Origin: Octopus vulgaris
Lineage: Eukaryota
Assembly (NCBI GenBank): GCA_951406725.2
Contig: OX597826.1
Span: 34,286,001-34,350,000, forward strand
DNA: 64,000 nucleotides
Reading direction: 5' to 3'
Under the pieces are notes generated by a model that saw only the letters and a list, made by a program, of their open reading frames with translations, was not told the origin of the DNA and ran no database searches. Shown here one piece after another: positions 46,172-58,943 of this stretch (its first letter is position 1; each line of letters opens with the position of its first letter). The position numbers were made by a program, and so were the translations under genes.

Positions 46172-46887
46172 GATCTTTTCTACTAAAGGCACAAGGCCTG
46201 AAATTCGGGGGAGGGGACTAGTCGATTACATCGACACCGGTGTGTAACTGGTACTTATTTAATCGACCCCCGAAAGGATGAAAGGCAAAGTCGACGTCGG
46301 CGGAAATTGAACTCAGAACGTAGCAACAGGCGAAATACTGCTAAGACTTTCGCCTAGCGTGCTAACGAATCTTATTTATTTACTGCCAAAAAAAAAAGGG
46401 CTAGACACAGAGAGAACATAACGGCTGACGAAATACCGCTAAGCATTTCGCCCGGCGTGCTATCATTTCTTATTTCTTTACTACCCACAAGGGGCTAAAC
46501 ACAGAGACGACAAACAAGGACAGACAAACGGATTAAGTCGATTATATCGACTCCAGTGCATAACTGGTACTTATTTAATCGACCCCGAATGGATGAAAGG
46601 AAAAGTCGACCTCGGCGGAATTTGAACTCAGAATGTAGCGGCAGACGAATACCTATTTCTTTACTACCCACAAGGGGCTAAACACAGAGAGGACAAACAA
46701 GGACAGACAAACGGATTGAGTCGATTATATCGACCCTAGTGCATGACTGGTACTTATTTAATCGACCCCGAAAGGATGAAAGGCAAAGTCGACCTCGGCG
46801 GAATTTGATCTTAGAACGTAGCGGCAGACGAAATACTGCTAAGCATTTCGCCCAGCGTGCTAACGTTTCTGCCAGCTCGCCGCCTTA
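46172..46887 (-). mobile_element. Multimeric SINE (family A; four head-to-tail units) flanked by a 14-bp TSD
   Basis: GTAAAAGACAATTT at 46158-46171 and 46888-46901. Core GTCGACTTTGCCTTTCATCCTTTCGGGGTCGATTAAATAAGTACCAG occurs three times; from memory it resembles the Nin/Deu SINE domain. Confidence 0.9.
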
Positions 46888-46934
46888 GTAAAAGACAATT
46901 TAATATTATGACTTCACGTAATAGTAGTTAAAAA

Positions 46935-47132
46935 TTCTGGCACAAGGCCAGCAATTTTGGCGGATGGCGGTAAGTCGATTACATCGACCCCAATGCTCAA
47001 CAGGTATTTATTTCATTGACCGTGAAAGAATGAATGTCAAAGTCGGACCACGGTAGAATTTGAACTCAGAACGTAAAGTCGGGCGAAATTCCGCTATTGG
47101 CCGGCATGCTAACGGCTCTACCAGCTCGCCGC
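46935..47132 (-). mobile_element. tRNA-type SINE (family A), diverged monomer
   Basis: GCGGCGAGCTGGTAGAGCCGTTAGCATGCCGG head, GAGTTCAAATTC, GGGGTCGATGTAATCGAC, GGCCTTGTGCC tail. Confidence 0.85.
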
Positions 47133-47391
47133 ATACGTAATACGAAAATAAATATATATACATTGGTCAAAATTACCTAACTGGAATTTATTTAATATTA
47201 TCAAGAATAATGAGTGAAAAAAAAGTGATGCTAAAAACGAATAACAAATTATGATCACCATCGTCATCATCATCATCATCATCATCATCTTCATCATTGT
47301 CACCCTTCTCCAACAACATTTTCTTATTACTAATATTGTTAATGTTATGTGAAACGATTATTGCCGATGCTGTAAATGTTATTCCTATTTA

Positions 47392-47392
47392 C

Positions 47393-47465
<73 letters not shown>

Positions 47466-47517
47466 ATTATTATCATCATTATTATCATTATTATTATTAT
47501 CATCATCATCATCATCA

Positions 47518-47561
<44 letters not shown>

Positions 47562-47802
47562 TGTAATTAGCAGTATACATTTTCATTAAATAATTGACAA
47601 AAAGCGAGGAAAAGTTTCATGCACCTTGGGGGTGGGCGAAATTTAGTGTGCAATTTCGTTTTGATTCCTTTGTATCATTTTATTTCTCTTCCACCCGTTT
47701 ATTGTATATGTACACCGCAACATGTTTATAATCATTGTATTTTATCGTATTTGTACGGGGACTTCCCTCGGGTCAATAAAGAAACGATTATTATTAACAC
47801 CG

Positions 47803-47894
<92 letters not shown>

Positions 47895-47910
47895 CGTCAT
47901 CATCATCATA
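47392..47910. repeat. Two (TAT)n/(CAT)n microsatellites (47392-47561, 47805-47910)
   Basis: Directly visible. Confidence 0.93.
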
Positions 47911-48135
47911 AGCTAATAAGTAATCTAACCCTAACCTACGACACAAAAACGTTTTTTTATTTTAGAGGTGTTTTTTTCTGTAATTTCTGTGTTGAACTTA
48001 GAAGTTGTTGATATTACATAAATTTACTCAGAACCTTTGTTCGAGTTCACATCATAGAACTGTTTTTCCTTTAACATGTATTTTGGTTCTTCGTCCCCCA
48101 CTCTTTTCAATTCAGTTATATGATTGCATGATTGC

Positions 48136-48167
<32 letters not shown>

Positions 48168-48809
48168 GAGCAAGGAGAATAAATTCACAAGAAAAGAAAA
48201 TAATTTTTGCATCGTGGAAATGAATTCCATAGCAAAAACTAGTCAAACATATTTGATGGTTGAAAGCATTTCAAAGTTTTTTCCCCCTCCTAACATTTCT
48301 GGATACTATTTACATATTTATTTATTATTCATGTTTTAAACATTGTATTAGCTTCCTTGTATTTATACACTATATATATTTATTAGTTTTCCTGTTTTAT
48401 AATGTGTTGCTGGTGTTTTCTTCTGTTTTAATTTGTATGTTTTTCTCTATTTTCCTGACGTCGTTTGAATAATTCACTAATGATTCTGATGCAGGCGGGG
48501 AGAAAAATAATACTGATAATAATCTTAATGTTCCTAAGGATGATGATGGCGGTGATGGTGATGATGATGATGATGGTAGTGGTGTCGTGGTGTTGTGGTG
48601 GTTGTGGTAATATTTTCTTGTTTGCCACAAGGTTAACGAAAATAGAATATTACAATACAGTATGGGACAATACAAACAAAGTAGACAACGAAATGAGGTT
48701 CGAGGACCAGTAAGTACACACATACACACATATGTATATATATACATATGTATACATATATGTATACATGTATGTTTGTGTGTATGCGTGTATATATATA
48801 CATATATGC

Positions 48810-48847
<38 letters not shown>

Positions 48848-48916
48848 GAATATACAAATTAAATTCAGACACATAGAACAACCAACAACTCTGTCACAAA
48901 TGTGTACATATATACA

Positions 48917-48952
<36 letters not shown>

Positions 48953-49059
48953 TGTATGTATGTATGTATGTATGTATGTATGTATATATATCTCTCTCTC
49001 TCTCGGCATATATATATATATATATATAACATCAAGGACAAGTGTAGCAACAACATCAT

Positions 49060-49071
49060 TAATACTAATAC

Positions 49072-49119
<48 letters not shown>

Positions 49120-49251
49120 TAATAATAACAATATTAACGAAAACAACAATAATAGCATTAATGATGGTGACGTGTAGGATAATGATACTGTTGGTAATGA
49201 TATCTGATATTTTTGTTATATTGATTGCAGATAATAATGATAATAATAATG

Positions 49252-49331
<80 letters not shown>
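49060..49331. repeat. (AAT)n microsatellites
   Basis: Directly visible. Confidence 0.93.
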
Positions 49332-49332
<1 letters not shown>

Positions 49333-49470
49333 CCCGTGTGGCTTGTTGTTTTCTTTAAGGAACAAGAGTTACATGAGGAAATCTTGAATTTAGCTTGTAC
49401 CACATCAACTGACATAACATTGCTTACAGCTGATGTAAAAGCTTACACTTCAATTAGAAGGAAATATATA

Positions 49471-49546
<76 letters not shown>

Positions 49547-50244
49547 CGTATATATACATACATATATACTAATATACGTATATGTATATACATATATATA
49601 TATACATATATGTATATATACACATACGTACATGAATACATATATACACATATGTATATATACTCATACGTACATGAATACATATATGCACATATCTGCA
49701 TGCATATATGTATGTATACACGTATGTATGTATTGGTTCCATTTTGCCTACCGGTGCTGTTTATGGAGAAGGGAGGAGAGTTGATAGTTGAATGGAAAAA
49801 AAAATACTCGATTCTGTGTTGACAACAGAACACAGTAATTTCGGTATTGATATGCAATTATAACTTCGTGTTTTGCTTTGATTTTTCTTTAGCCGTTCTA
49901 TATATTTGTAAAATACTCGTAGTTCAAATAATTTACTTTTTTCTTACATTTTTTTCCTTACATCTTATTTGTATTATATTTAGTGTTTGTATTAGTTATG
50001 TGTTTTCCTTTTGGGGAATATGATTTGAATCATGACGTCGAAAATACAGTACACTCTAGAGTAGATGTTTTTGAAAATTTCTGTTTAATACACCCTTCTT
50101 TTTTTTTCACAGAAAAACATGACATTTTATTTCAAAAGAAAAGGAAATTAAAAGATATTATGTTAATGTCTTCCCAAGGGTACTAATGGTGTATGTGTAG
50201 TAACGTAGTTCATTTGAGAAGACAAACCACATAATGGATTGCAT

Positions 50245-50303
<59 letters not shown>

Positions 50304-50983
50304 AGGAAGATCTATTACGCTGTCCTCGCCAAAACACCAATGCAATATTGTAGGACAGATTGAAGAAAGAGAAATGTGACAGACAACGCAATATGTCTGT
50401 GCGTTTCAAACCAAGGAACTTACCTACAACTTAAATATCTTAAGATAGAGATACAAAAATTCCATCAAGAGATCTATTTTATGTCTTCGAATTTACCCAG
50501 GTTCATTGTATTTCTCCGCAATTAATATTTTCTTGAATATGAGACAGCTAATTATATTTTCCTATATGATCGCTTATTGTCCATTTATTCAATAATCAAT
50601 GGCTAAACAACCAGTTTCTTTCATGACTAATTATTTTCTTGAATTTTGATTACGTTTTTCAACATAAATTTGCACTTTCAATAAATTGTACATTTAGCGT
50701 TTCTCTTCACTTTCCACACATAAAGAATATGTTACCCTTAGTCTAGCAGTATCTCTTTCCACCTGCCACCGGTAATAAATATATCATCCGCTTAACTCAT
50801 GGTATGTCTCGCCAGTTCTCTATATAAGGGATATAAGACATACGTTTCTCATATCGTTTCTCTCCTGTACGCTATAAAGTGCCAGCAACGCTGTGTGTCA
50901 CATAGTACTACAACATCATATTCCTTTGCTACTGATACTACAAGTCAGTATTGATTATGTAGTCTATGGCATAAAGTTATGTG

Positions 50984-51195
50984 AACGGTGAGGTGGCAGA
51001 CTCGATGGGATGTCGAATAAAATGATTAGAGGCATTTCCTGCGGCTTTACACCCTAAGTTCAAATTCCAAAGGAGTCGTCTAAGCCTTGAATCCTTTGTG
51101 GTGGATAAAATAAACACCAGTCATGCTCCAAGATCGATGTAATCGATTAACCATCTACCATCAAATTTCACGCCTGGTATCTATTCTAGAAAATA
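50984..51195 (+). mobile_element. Highly diverged SINE (family A)
   Basis: CGGTGAGGTGGCAGA, AGTTCAAATTCC, GATAAAATAAACACCAG and TCGATGTAATCGA occur in the expected order. Confidence 0.6.
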
Positions 51196-52305
51196 AAAGT
51201 AGATAGCTTGATTTACGTGATATTTTTCCATTTTTGATGTCCTAAACTTTACGATACCAAATGCGTGTCGCTTATTTTACAGATGGGAGAGAATTTGATG
51301 AATGTCATTTATATGGTTTTTTCAGCAATCTGAGTGGCTATCAGCTAAAATATTTGGTCCACGATTACTACAAACAGTAAGTAACCTTAAACATAACTTA
51401 GTAATAATAACTGTTTGACAAGTATCAACCGGAAACGGTAAATATTTCATATATTTGCCTCTTCTTTGATGAGTATTTTATTACTTAGGAATATTTAGAT
51501 CAAAGTATTTCAGAATAGCAGAGCAAACCATAAACATCCAATGTTCAGATAAAGTAACTACCAACTACGATACAGCTGTCAACATCGGTTCCTGCGTAGT
51601 GAAGTCATCATTGAATTGGTAGGATGACAGACTCAGTCCCGAGGAAATGACACTGAGCGGAAGTGTTGTATCTGTATCCCTGCTTCTCAAATTCATCATC
51701 TTCTTCGTTTTTTCCCTTCATTTTTTTTTGTTTCCTTCTCTCTCTTCTTATTTGTCTTTTTGTTCTTGTCTAAAATCTCTTCATGGAAGGATTAATGACA
51801 CTTCGAAGCGAAGGATCCTTTCTAACAGCAAAGGGGGAGACAATTGTGATACACAATTAGAAAGAAAGAGAGAGAGAGAGAGAGTAGGAGGGAGGGAGAG
51901 AGAGAAAGAAAGAGAAAGAAAGAGAGAAGAGAGAAAGTGCAATAAAAATAGAATGAAAATCAACAGCAGTACTAGAGTTGTAATAAATGCATCAATATCC
52001 AGCTGATGAAGAGCAAAGCTTTCCGTAGCGAGATATAAACACATAGCGTACAAAGCTAAGACGAATGGAACAAAGCAACCTGTCCAACACTCTGACATTG
52101 GGTTTCTGTGATAGCTGCATTTGTGTGTATCATTGTATATTTGTTTATATATATATATGCTTGTGCGGGTATGTATACCTATATGTGTGTAAATATACAT
52201 ACATATATATATATGTATGTATATATATATACATATATATGTATATATGTATGTATATATATGTATATATATATAGATATATATGTATATATGTATGTAT
52301 ATATA

Positions 52306-52393
<88 letters not shown>

Positions 52394-53679
52394 GATATAC
52401 ACACATATATTGTATTTGTAAGGAAATCCAACCTACGTGTCTGCCTGATTTGAGCTCAGCTCCATAAGGTCTCTAAGTACTAATCAATTATAACTTCAAC
52501 ACGTAACTTGTCGTTCTTTATTTCTAATCGCCGTTGAAAACATCAGTAATAATTAATATTGTGACTTCCAGTTAATTTCTCGATAATATTCTAAAAGATA
52601 AATCTCATTATATTCTTTCAAAATTTAATGAACACGTAGCCAGGCTATTGTAATCACAGTATTTGTTTTAGCAAATTTCCCAATTAAAAATTCATCTAGC
52701 TAAATTCTATTGACACAAAATTATATATCATATTAGAAAATATATCGTATATAAAAATTAAAGGAAGCGAAAATTTTCTCTAAGATATTAAATATGAAAT
52801 TATAGAAGCCTTTCAGATGTAAACAAAATAAAGTATAATAAATCATAAAACAAACAGTTAAAACCACGTAAGATAAAATATTCTAAGTGAGATAATTTTC
52901 CTGATATATTATTTTCACAAGTATCCTTTTAGATAACTATAATTTATTTCTCGAAATGCAGCCTTAGAACTGATATTAAATCTTTCCAGGTGATGAATGA
53001 ACGTTAGCTATTCGTTCGGATTTGTTTGTTTCTTTCCCTATGAATGGATTTCTGTGTATGAATTTAGAGATATTTTCATTGTTATAAAGAATAAGGGAAT
53101 ATATTTGAATAAGTTTCGTGAAAATCCTTTTCCCCATTCTTGCATCGATGTCATTTTACAGAAGAAAAAGAATGAAATGAATTCTCTTAATAATGATTCT
53201 CGTTTTCCTTTAAATTTTCAGAAATAATTTCAGGAGAGTAAATACAAATTTTTTCGTATGTAGCAAAGAACACGGAAAAATACGTGAATTTTTTTCATGA
53301 TTCTAATATAAATATTTCTACTATATATGGCCAAAATATCCTTACGATCCCATATACGAACCACTTCCCTAAAAGCATAACAGAAAATGCACGACCGAGT
53401 GGGAGAGAGAAACAGAGTGGGTCGTTTTCTTGTATATGATCTGTCGACGAAGGTAACGTCAATATAAAATAGTCAATTTTCAGCGAATTATTTTCTGTAT
53501 AAATGCTAAGCCTGCTGCAAATTATCCTTCACATTACAACATGCAAGAAGGCGAATCTTATATTCAGGAATGGTATAAAGATATTGCGATATGGTCGCAA
53601 TCTATAGGCCTTTCAAGCAGAACTTAACAAAGCTTAAACCACTACATTCAAGTTTAATCAGAGGCCACAAAGCTCAGAC

Positions 53680-53892
53680 TCCAGGGTTCAATTTCGTGAA
53701 ATTAACGTGCAAGTCGCCGAGTACTCCACAGGTACGCGCACCCTTAAAGTGGTTCTGAATGATATTCAGCGTGACACAGGATGCTCAAGGCTGACCTTTT
53801 CGACTACAAGTAGAAGACATTTTTGATAGCTGAGTGAACTGCAGCAAAGTGAAATAAAGTGTCTTGCTTAAGAAGCAACAAACGCCCTGGCG
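53680..53892 (-). mobile_element. Probable fragment of a third SINE family
   Basis: Minus-strand TTAAGCAAGACACTTTATTTCAC resembles the CTTGAGCAAGACACTT core of Meta/V-type SINEs (recalled, not searched). Confidence 0.4.
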
Positions 53893-54007
53893 AACACAGT
53901 TTGCTGAAAATAGGAACTAATTCTCCATTCTTTTTAAATTAGGGAGGTCTATATTGGGCAATACATTTTTACATATGACAAAAAATGTGCTGATGTATAT
54001 GTTACAA

Positions 54008-54159
54008 AAGTGGCTTTGTGGTAAGAAGCGCGCTTCCCAGCCACATGGTTTCAGGTTCAGTCCCACTGCGTGGCACCTTGGGAAATTGTCTTCTACTATA
54101 GCCTCGGGTCGATAATTCCTTGTGAGTGGATTTGGTAAGCGGAAAGTGAAAGAAGCCCG

Positions 54160-54213
<54 letters not shown>

Positions 54214-54425
54214 TATATGTGCGTCTGTGTTTGTTCCCCCAACGTCTTTTGACAACCGTTGTTGGTGTGCTTACATTCCCGTAACTTAGCGGTTCGTCAA
54301 AAGAGACCGATGGAATAAGTACTAGGCTTACAAAAAATAAGTCATGGGATCGATTTGTTCGACTAAAGGCGGTGCACCAGCATGGCTGCAGTCAAATGAC
54401 TAAAACAAGTAAAAGAATAAAAGAA
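54008..54425 (+). mobile_element. tRNA-derived SINE (family B) with internal (TA)n
   Basis: A-box TGGCTTTGTGGTAAG, B-box GGTTCAGTCCC, core GGCACCTTGGGAAATTGTCTTCTAC, and a TAAAAGA(A)-type tandem tail. Confidence 0.85.
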
Positions 54426-54665
54426 TTATATAACATTTGCAATAATGGAAGGAAGTGTGTCTCTTTCTAATTAATTAAACTTCCTTCTATTGGCCCAAGC
54501 CATAAGTTTGAGGAGGAGTAAGTCAAGACAAGGACACAAAAACCGAAACGAAGTTAAAAGCAAAATAAAGAACAGAAATTATCTCACCAGTAGGAGAAGG
54601 CGGTGCATGGTAGGTTCCCAAAGATAGTTGCAGCAAATAGTTGTAGTGAGACATGATTATTATCA

Positions 54666-55417
54666 TGATTGCAGAAAGGGAAACTAAAAAGGGAGACAGA
54701 AAGATTGTTAGAAGCAGCAAAAGATCATGCATTAATGGCTAATTGGATAAAAGCCAAGATAGACAAAAACCACGTAGATTCCCAATGTAGATTATGCTAA
54801 TCCAAAGAGGAAAGCGTTACTCATATAGTAAGTGAATGTAGCATGCTGGCACATAAAGAATACAAGAAAAGACATGACAATCTAGGGAGAGTAATCCACT
54901 AGTAGCTTTCTAGAATGCTATGATTTGAATATACTGATAAATGGTATGAACATGAACCTAGTAAAGTACCAGAGAGTAAGAAATGTAAGATGTTGTGGGA
55001 CTTTAACATTCAGACTGACAGATTAATAGAAGCTAGAAGGACTGATTTAGTAGTAGTAGATAAAGAGAATAGAAAGCGCAAGATAATTGACTTTACAGTC
55101 CCAAATGATGAAAAAATTAATATGAGAAGTATAGAAAAAATAGCATAAATACCAGGACCTAGCTACTGAATTACAGAGACTATGGAGAGTGCGGGTAAAA
55201 TGTATCCCAGGTTCGTTAGGAACTATCCCTATAGATCTGAACAGATGGATAGAGGAAATAGGCATAAAACCCAGTTCAGTACAGCTCCAGAAAACATTGC
55301 TATTACGGAGAGCTATGATACTTAGGACGCTTCTTGGCATCCAAGGTTAATTGTTGTTGCCCGATATTAAAATTGATTCTTTTTCCCACAGTCTAATCTG
55401 TTGAGTGTATATGAAAA
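54666..55417 (+). mobile_element. 5'-truncated R4/Dong-clade non-LTR retrotransposon (CCHC knuckle plus restriction-like endonuclease), piece 1
   Basis: LKRETE..AAKDHAL..CRLC*SKEESVTHIVSEC..RHDN..WYEHEP..LWDFNIQTDRLIEARRTDLVVVDKE..IIDFTVP..EK..KYQDL..LW..GSLG, with stops and a frameshift. The 3' end runs into (TAA)n at 55418. Confidence 0.88.
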
Positions 55418-55454
55418 TAATAATAATAATAATGATCATAACAACAACTACAAC

Positions 55455-55508
<54 letters not shown>

Positions 55509-55519
55509 AATAATAATAG

Positions 55520-56170
55520 ACTAGATGTTAAAACTGGTTTTAAAGCATCAAAGCAAGTAAACATCATACTCAGTAACAAAACAAGCAAAGAAATATCTAA
55601 ATGAATTCCAAATACAATTCCTAGCATTAAACATACAGAAAATGTTAATCGTATGAATACCCGTGCTAAAGCTACTGCCTTAGATATTTTTGCTGATAAA
55701 TGGCAAGAAAAACCTCTCAATTGCAACGATAATTGCAGTGAATAGTAGTCGTGAGACTTGGTTATGTTTACAGGAAGGAAAACTGAAAAGGGAGACAGTT
55801 TGCTAGTAGCGGCAAAAGATCAAGCGTTAAGGACCAATTGGATAAAAGCCAAGATAGACAAAAACCAAGAAGATTCCCAAAGCCGGTTATGCAAAACAAA
55901 AGAGGAAATAGTTACTCATATAGTAAGTGACTGTAGCATGCTGGCAAAAAATACATGTAAAGACATGATAACCTACGTAAGGTAATCCACTCGGAGTTAT
56001 GAAGAAAGCTAGGATTTGACCCTAATGATAAATTGTAAGAACATGAACCTAGTAAAGCACTAGATAGTAAGAAATACAAGATGCTTTGTGACTAACATTC
56101 AGATTGACTGGGTAATAGAAGCTAGAAGGCCTCACTTGGTAGTAGATAAAGAGAATAGAAAATGCCAGAT
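55520..56170 (+). mobile_element. R4/Dong-clade fragment, piece 2
   Basis: DKWQEKPLN, then LLVAAKDQALRTNWIKAKIDKNQEDSQSRLCKTKEEIVTHIVSDCSMLAK...IEARRPHLVVDKE. Close paralog of piece 1; starts just after TAATAATA. Confidence 0.82.
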
Positions 56171-56174
56171 ACAG

Positions 56175-56850
56175 AAGGCCCGTGGTTATGGATGCAAACG
56201 AGGGACCTGAAGATAGAAATAGCGGAACTTGTTTGCACGACACAAGCAGCGCAGAATTGATATAACACGAGTAAGAGTGACAAATAGAGAATGTGGGGTG
56301 AAAGGTGTGAAACAGTGTGGCATATTGTTAGTGAATGCCCGATATTGTACACAGGGAATACAATTGACATGACAACGTGGCAAGAATGATCCATTGGGAG
56401 TGTTGTGGAAATTATTGCATAGAAAGATCAAAGATGTGGTATGACTAAATCCCCGAAGAAGTTACTGACAATGAGAATTACAAAATCCTCTGGAATGCAA
56501 TGAATCAATGTAGCCATGAGATTAAACATCAGAAATATGACAGTGTTGTGGTGAACAGAAAAGTAAAACACGCTTGTTAATTAATGTAGCATGCTCTGAT
56601 AAGAACAGGATAGAAAAGAATGAAGAGTAAAAAGTGAACAACTATGATAAATTGAAGTGGGATATACGCAGCATGTGGGCAAGCAAAGAAGGAAGTATCG
56701 GCACTCAACTAAAAACGTGGGTCAAAAAGATTGGTACAAATCTGAAGATAGAACACCTACAAAATCAGTATTGATCAGAACTACAAGAGTTCACAGCAGG
56801 GTTCTTGAGCCATGATCAGTAGAAAAGTGTCAGCTTAGTTTCTGTTTAGG
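56175..56850 (+). mobile_element. R4/Dong-clade fragment, piece 3 (more divergent subfamily)
   Basis: WMQTRDLKIE.., ETVWHIVSECPIL, HDNVARMIHWE, WYD*IPEEVTDNENYKILWN across frameshifts. Confidence 0.75.
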
Positions 56851-57195
56851 TGTGTATATGTATGTACATATGTATGTGTGTATACGTGTATACACATATA
56901 CTAATGTGAATTCAGAGGCATATACTATCCTGACAGATACCGTGGTAGCTCTCAACTATGTTCCAGATTACGGCTAAACGCATTGATTAGTATTTAACGT
57001 TTATGACTACGAGAAGTTGTCACTCACGCTGTGAATTCCTTTGATGGATTATTCTGTAGTCGCTTCAACCCATGATAAAATTAAAATGTCATACATAATA
57101 TATTTATGGTTACAACGACCATATATATATATATATATATATATAATTTTTTTCGTATATAATTTCTTTTCGTAATGAGATAAAAAACCCAAGAT

Positions 57196-57417
57196 TGTGT
57201 AGATTTTAGAACATTTATAGATGGAAGGCATTACAGCAGTTTGGAGATATTAATTATATCCCTTCATCGGAGACGGTGTCAGAGGATGGTTAAGTATCTT
57301 ATCTAAAGTAACTATTACTTAACCATCCTCTCACACCGTCTCCGATGAAAGGATATAATAAATATCCTGGAAACACCTGTAAAACATTTTATCTATAAAT
57401 GTTCTAAAATCTACACA
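57196..57417. repeat. Diverged inverted repeat (57196-57296 / 57316-57417) beside (TA)n, with a hammerhead-like motif in each arm
   Basis: TGTGTAGATTTTAGAACATTTATAGAT and CATCGGAGACGGTGT.AGAGGATGGTTAAGTA are mirrored. Plus arm reads CCGAUGA-A-AGGAUAU(AAUAA)AUAUCCU-G-GAAA-CACCUG-UA (57342-57381). Confidence 0.85.
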
Positions 57418-57713
57418 GAGAAACTAATTAGTACATAGGTAATCGTATATTTCGTATATTTTCACTTGACTTGGTTATCTTTACACTTTGGCGTTTTGCT
57501 GAATTTTTTTCACGAAGAACACATTCTTCGTGGAAAATGGCGATTTTGACGTCTATATCTAGCATATAGGCTGTCCCCTTTCGGTGGTCAGTCCTCTCAA
57601 TTTTGTATGTAAAAAAAGTTTTAATCTTCGGCTATTTTTAAAATATGCTGAGCCACTGGTTTTAATTCATTAATTAATATCAATGTCTACCCTTATTAAA
57701 TTTTATATATATA

Positions 57714-58679
57714 CTAGCATTAAAGACCCGTCGTTGCCGGATCATAGTGCTTGTGCATGTATATATGTGTATAATTATGTGTACATATTACATGTACATC
57801 TATATATATACATCTACACATAAAATACAAAATACGAAGTTATATCTTGATATCGCTAATGATAACAATACTCAAAATATATAACAGACTGGAATTGTTA
57901 GCCCGTCTCTTGTAATTTCGATCAATTGTATCTTGTTCTCCCTCTTGTATAGAAGTGTGGCTACAATCCAGCCTACCTCAACTTCAGGGGGGATTTTAAA
58001 TTTTTTCCGGTACGTCCTACATCTCAGATATAAAGGTAAAAATAAAACATTTCCACTTTGCAAGTTCGAGTCGAGTACTCCCTTGCACGCTCCGTTGACT
58101 TGAACCTTGCTTCTATTGTGGCGAATTTACCGCCTCTGATTAGATATCTTTCATAGTCGCACCAAGACATTTTTCGAAGGTGCTTTCCTCCATGTGTTCA
58201 AATCTTTTTTCTCTACATTGTATACTTTATAGACAATAGTCTTTTCTTTAATTTAATTTTTTACTATCCATCTGGACTATTCCATTTCTGCACGCTAATT
58301 TTATTTTTAATTTATTCCCATTCATGTGAAACCACTTATTCAAGTTCAAGTCATTGATGCAATTTTATACCAATTGCTATTTTTACTTTTGTTATGTTAC
58401 GATTATATTATAGTTTGATTTTAATTATTACTTACTACATATAATTCAATTGTTATTATTATTTTTATTGTTAACACGTAATACTGAAATAGAGGAGAAT
58501 ATATGATATTGCTGTGGGCTCGCCCTAGGCAAAAAGTTAAAAAATCTTTTGCTGATGACACTCCCCGGACTCTAAGTAAGGCATGTGTAAAATTTGAATG
58601 AAATTGGTTATGTAGTTCTCAAGTTTTAGGAAAACACAGACAGACAGACAGACAGACATTCTCAGTTTTATATATATAA

Positions 58680-58682
<3 letters not shown>
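57714..58682 (-). mobile_element. Non-autonomous Helitron
   Basis: Minus strand: A|TCTTTATATATATAAAA...(TGTC)n 5' end; 3' end GATCCG-GCAACGA-CGGGTC hairpin, 7 nt, then CTAG|T. A/T target, no TSD. Confidence 0.82.
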
Positions 58683-58717
<35 letters not shown>

Positions 58718-58878
58718 CAAAGAATTTTCAACTCTGTTTTTTATATTTTATTTATATTCTTTATACTATTAATGTAGAATATAGAATATATAGTATAAAT
58801 AATATATATATAGTATAATGAAATGAAGTATTGATTGTTTTTATTTGAATAGATGAAATGTTGAATATAAAATATTAG

Positions 58879-58922
58879 GGGACTAGTATTCTTTCATGCG
58901 TTACAGCAGTCTTCAAGGACCC
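58879..58922 (-). ncRNA. Degenerate minimal hammerhead-like motif in a 235-bp segment between (TA)n arrays
   Basis: GGGUCC-UUGAAGA-CUGC(UGUAAC)GCAU-GAAA-GAAUAC-UA-GUCCC; C3 to U and stem mismatches. Confidence 0.45.
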
Positions 58923-58943
58923 AGGTTGTGACAGGATTGTTTC

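Noticed and set aside
46172-47132. Repeated ~50-bp motif resembling a CRISPR-like array
   Set aside because: The intervening sequences are themselves repeated; these are SINE units in eukaryotic DNA, with no cas genes.
52003-52030. CUGAUGA followed by an AGAGC/GCUUU hairpin
   Set aside because: No GAAA box or stem III after the hairpin.
54008-54075. tRNA gene
   Set aside because: A and B boxes are present but it is the head of a SINE; no convincing cloverleaf.
57506-57537. Small hairpin CACGAAGAA/TTCTTCGTG resembling a terminator
   Set aside because: Eukaryotic context, isolated and short; no function assignable.
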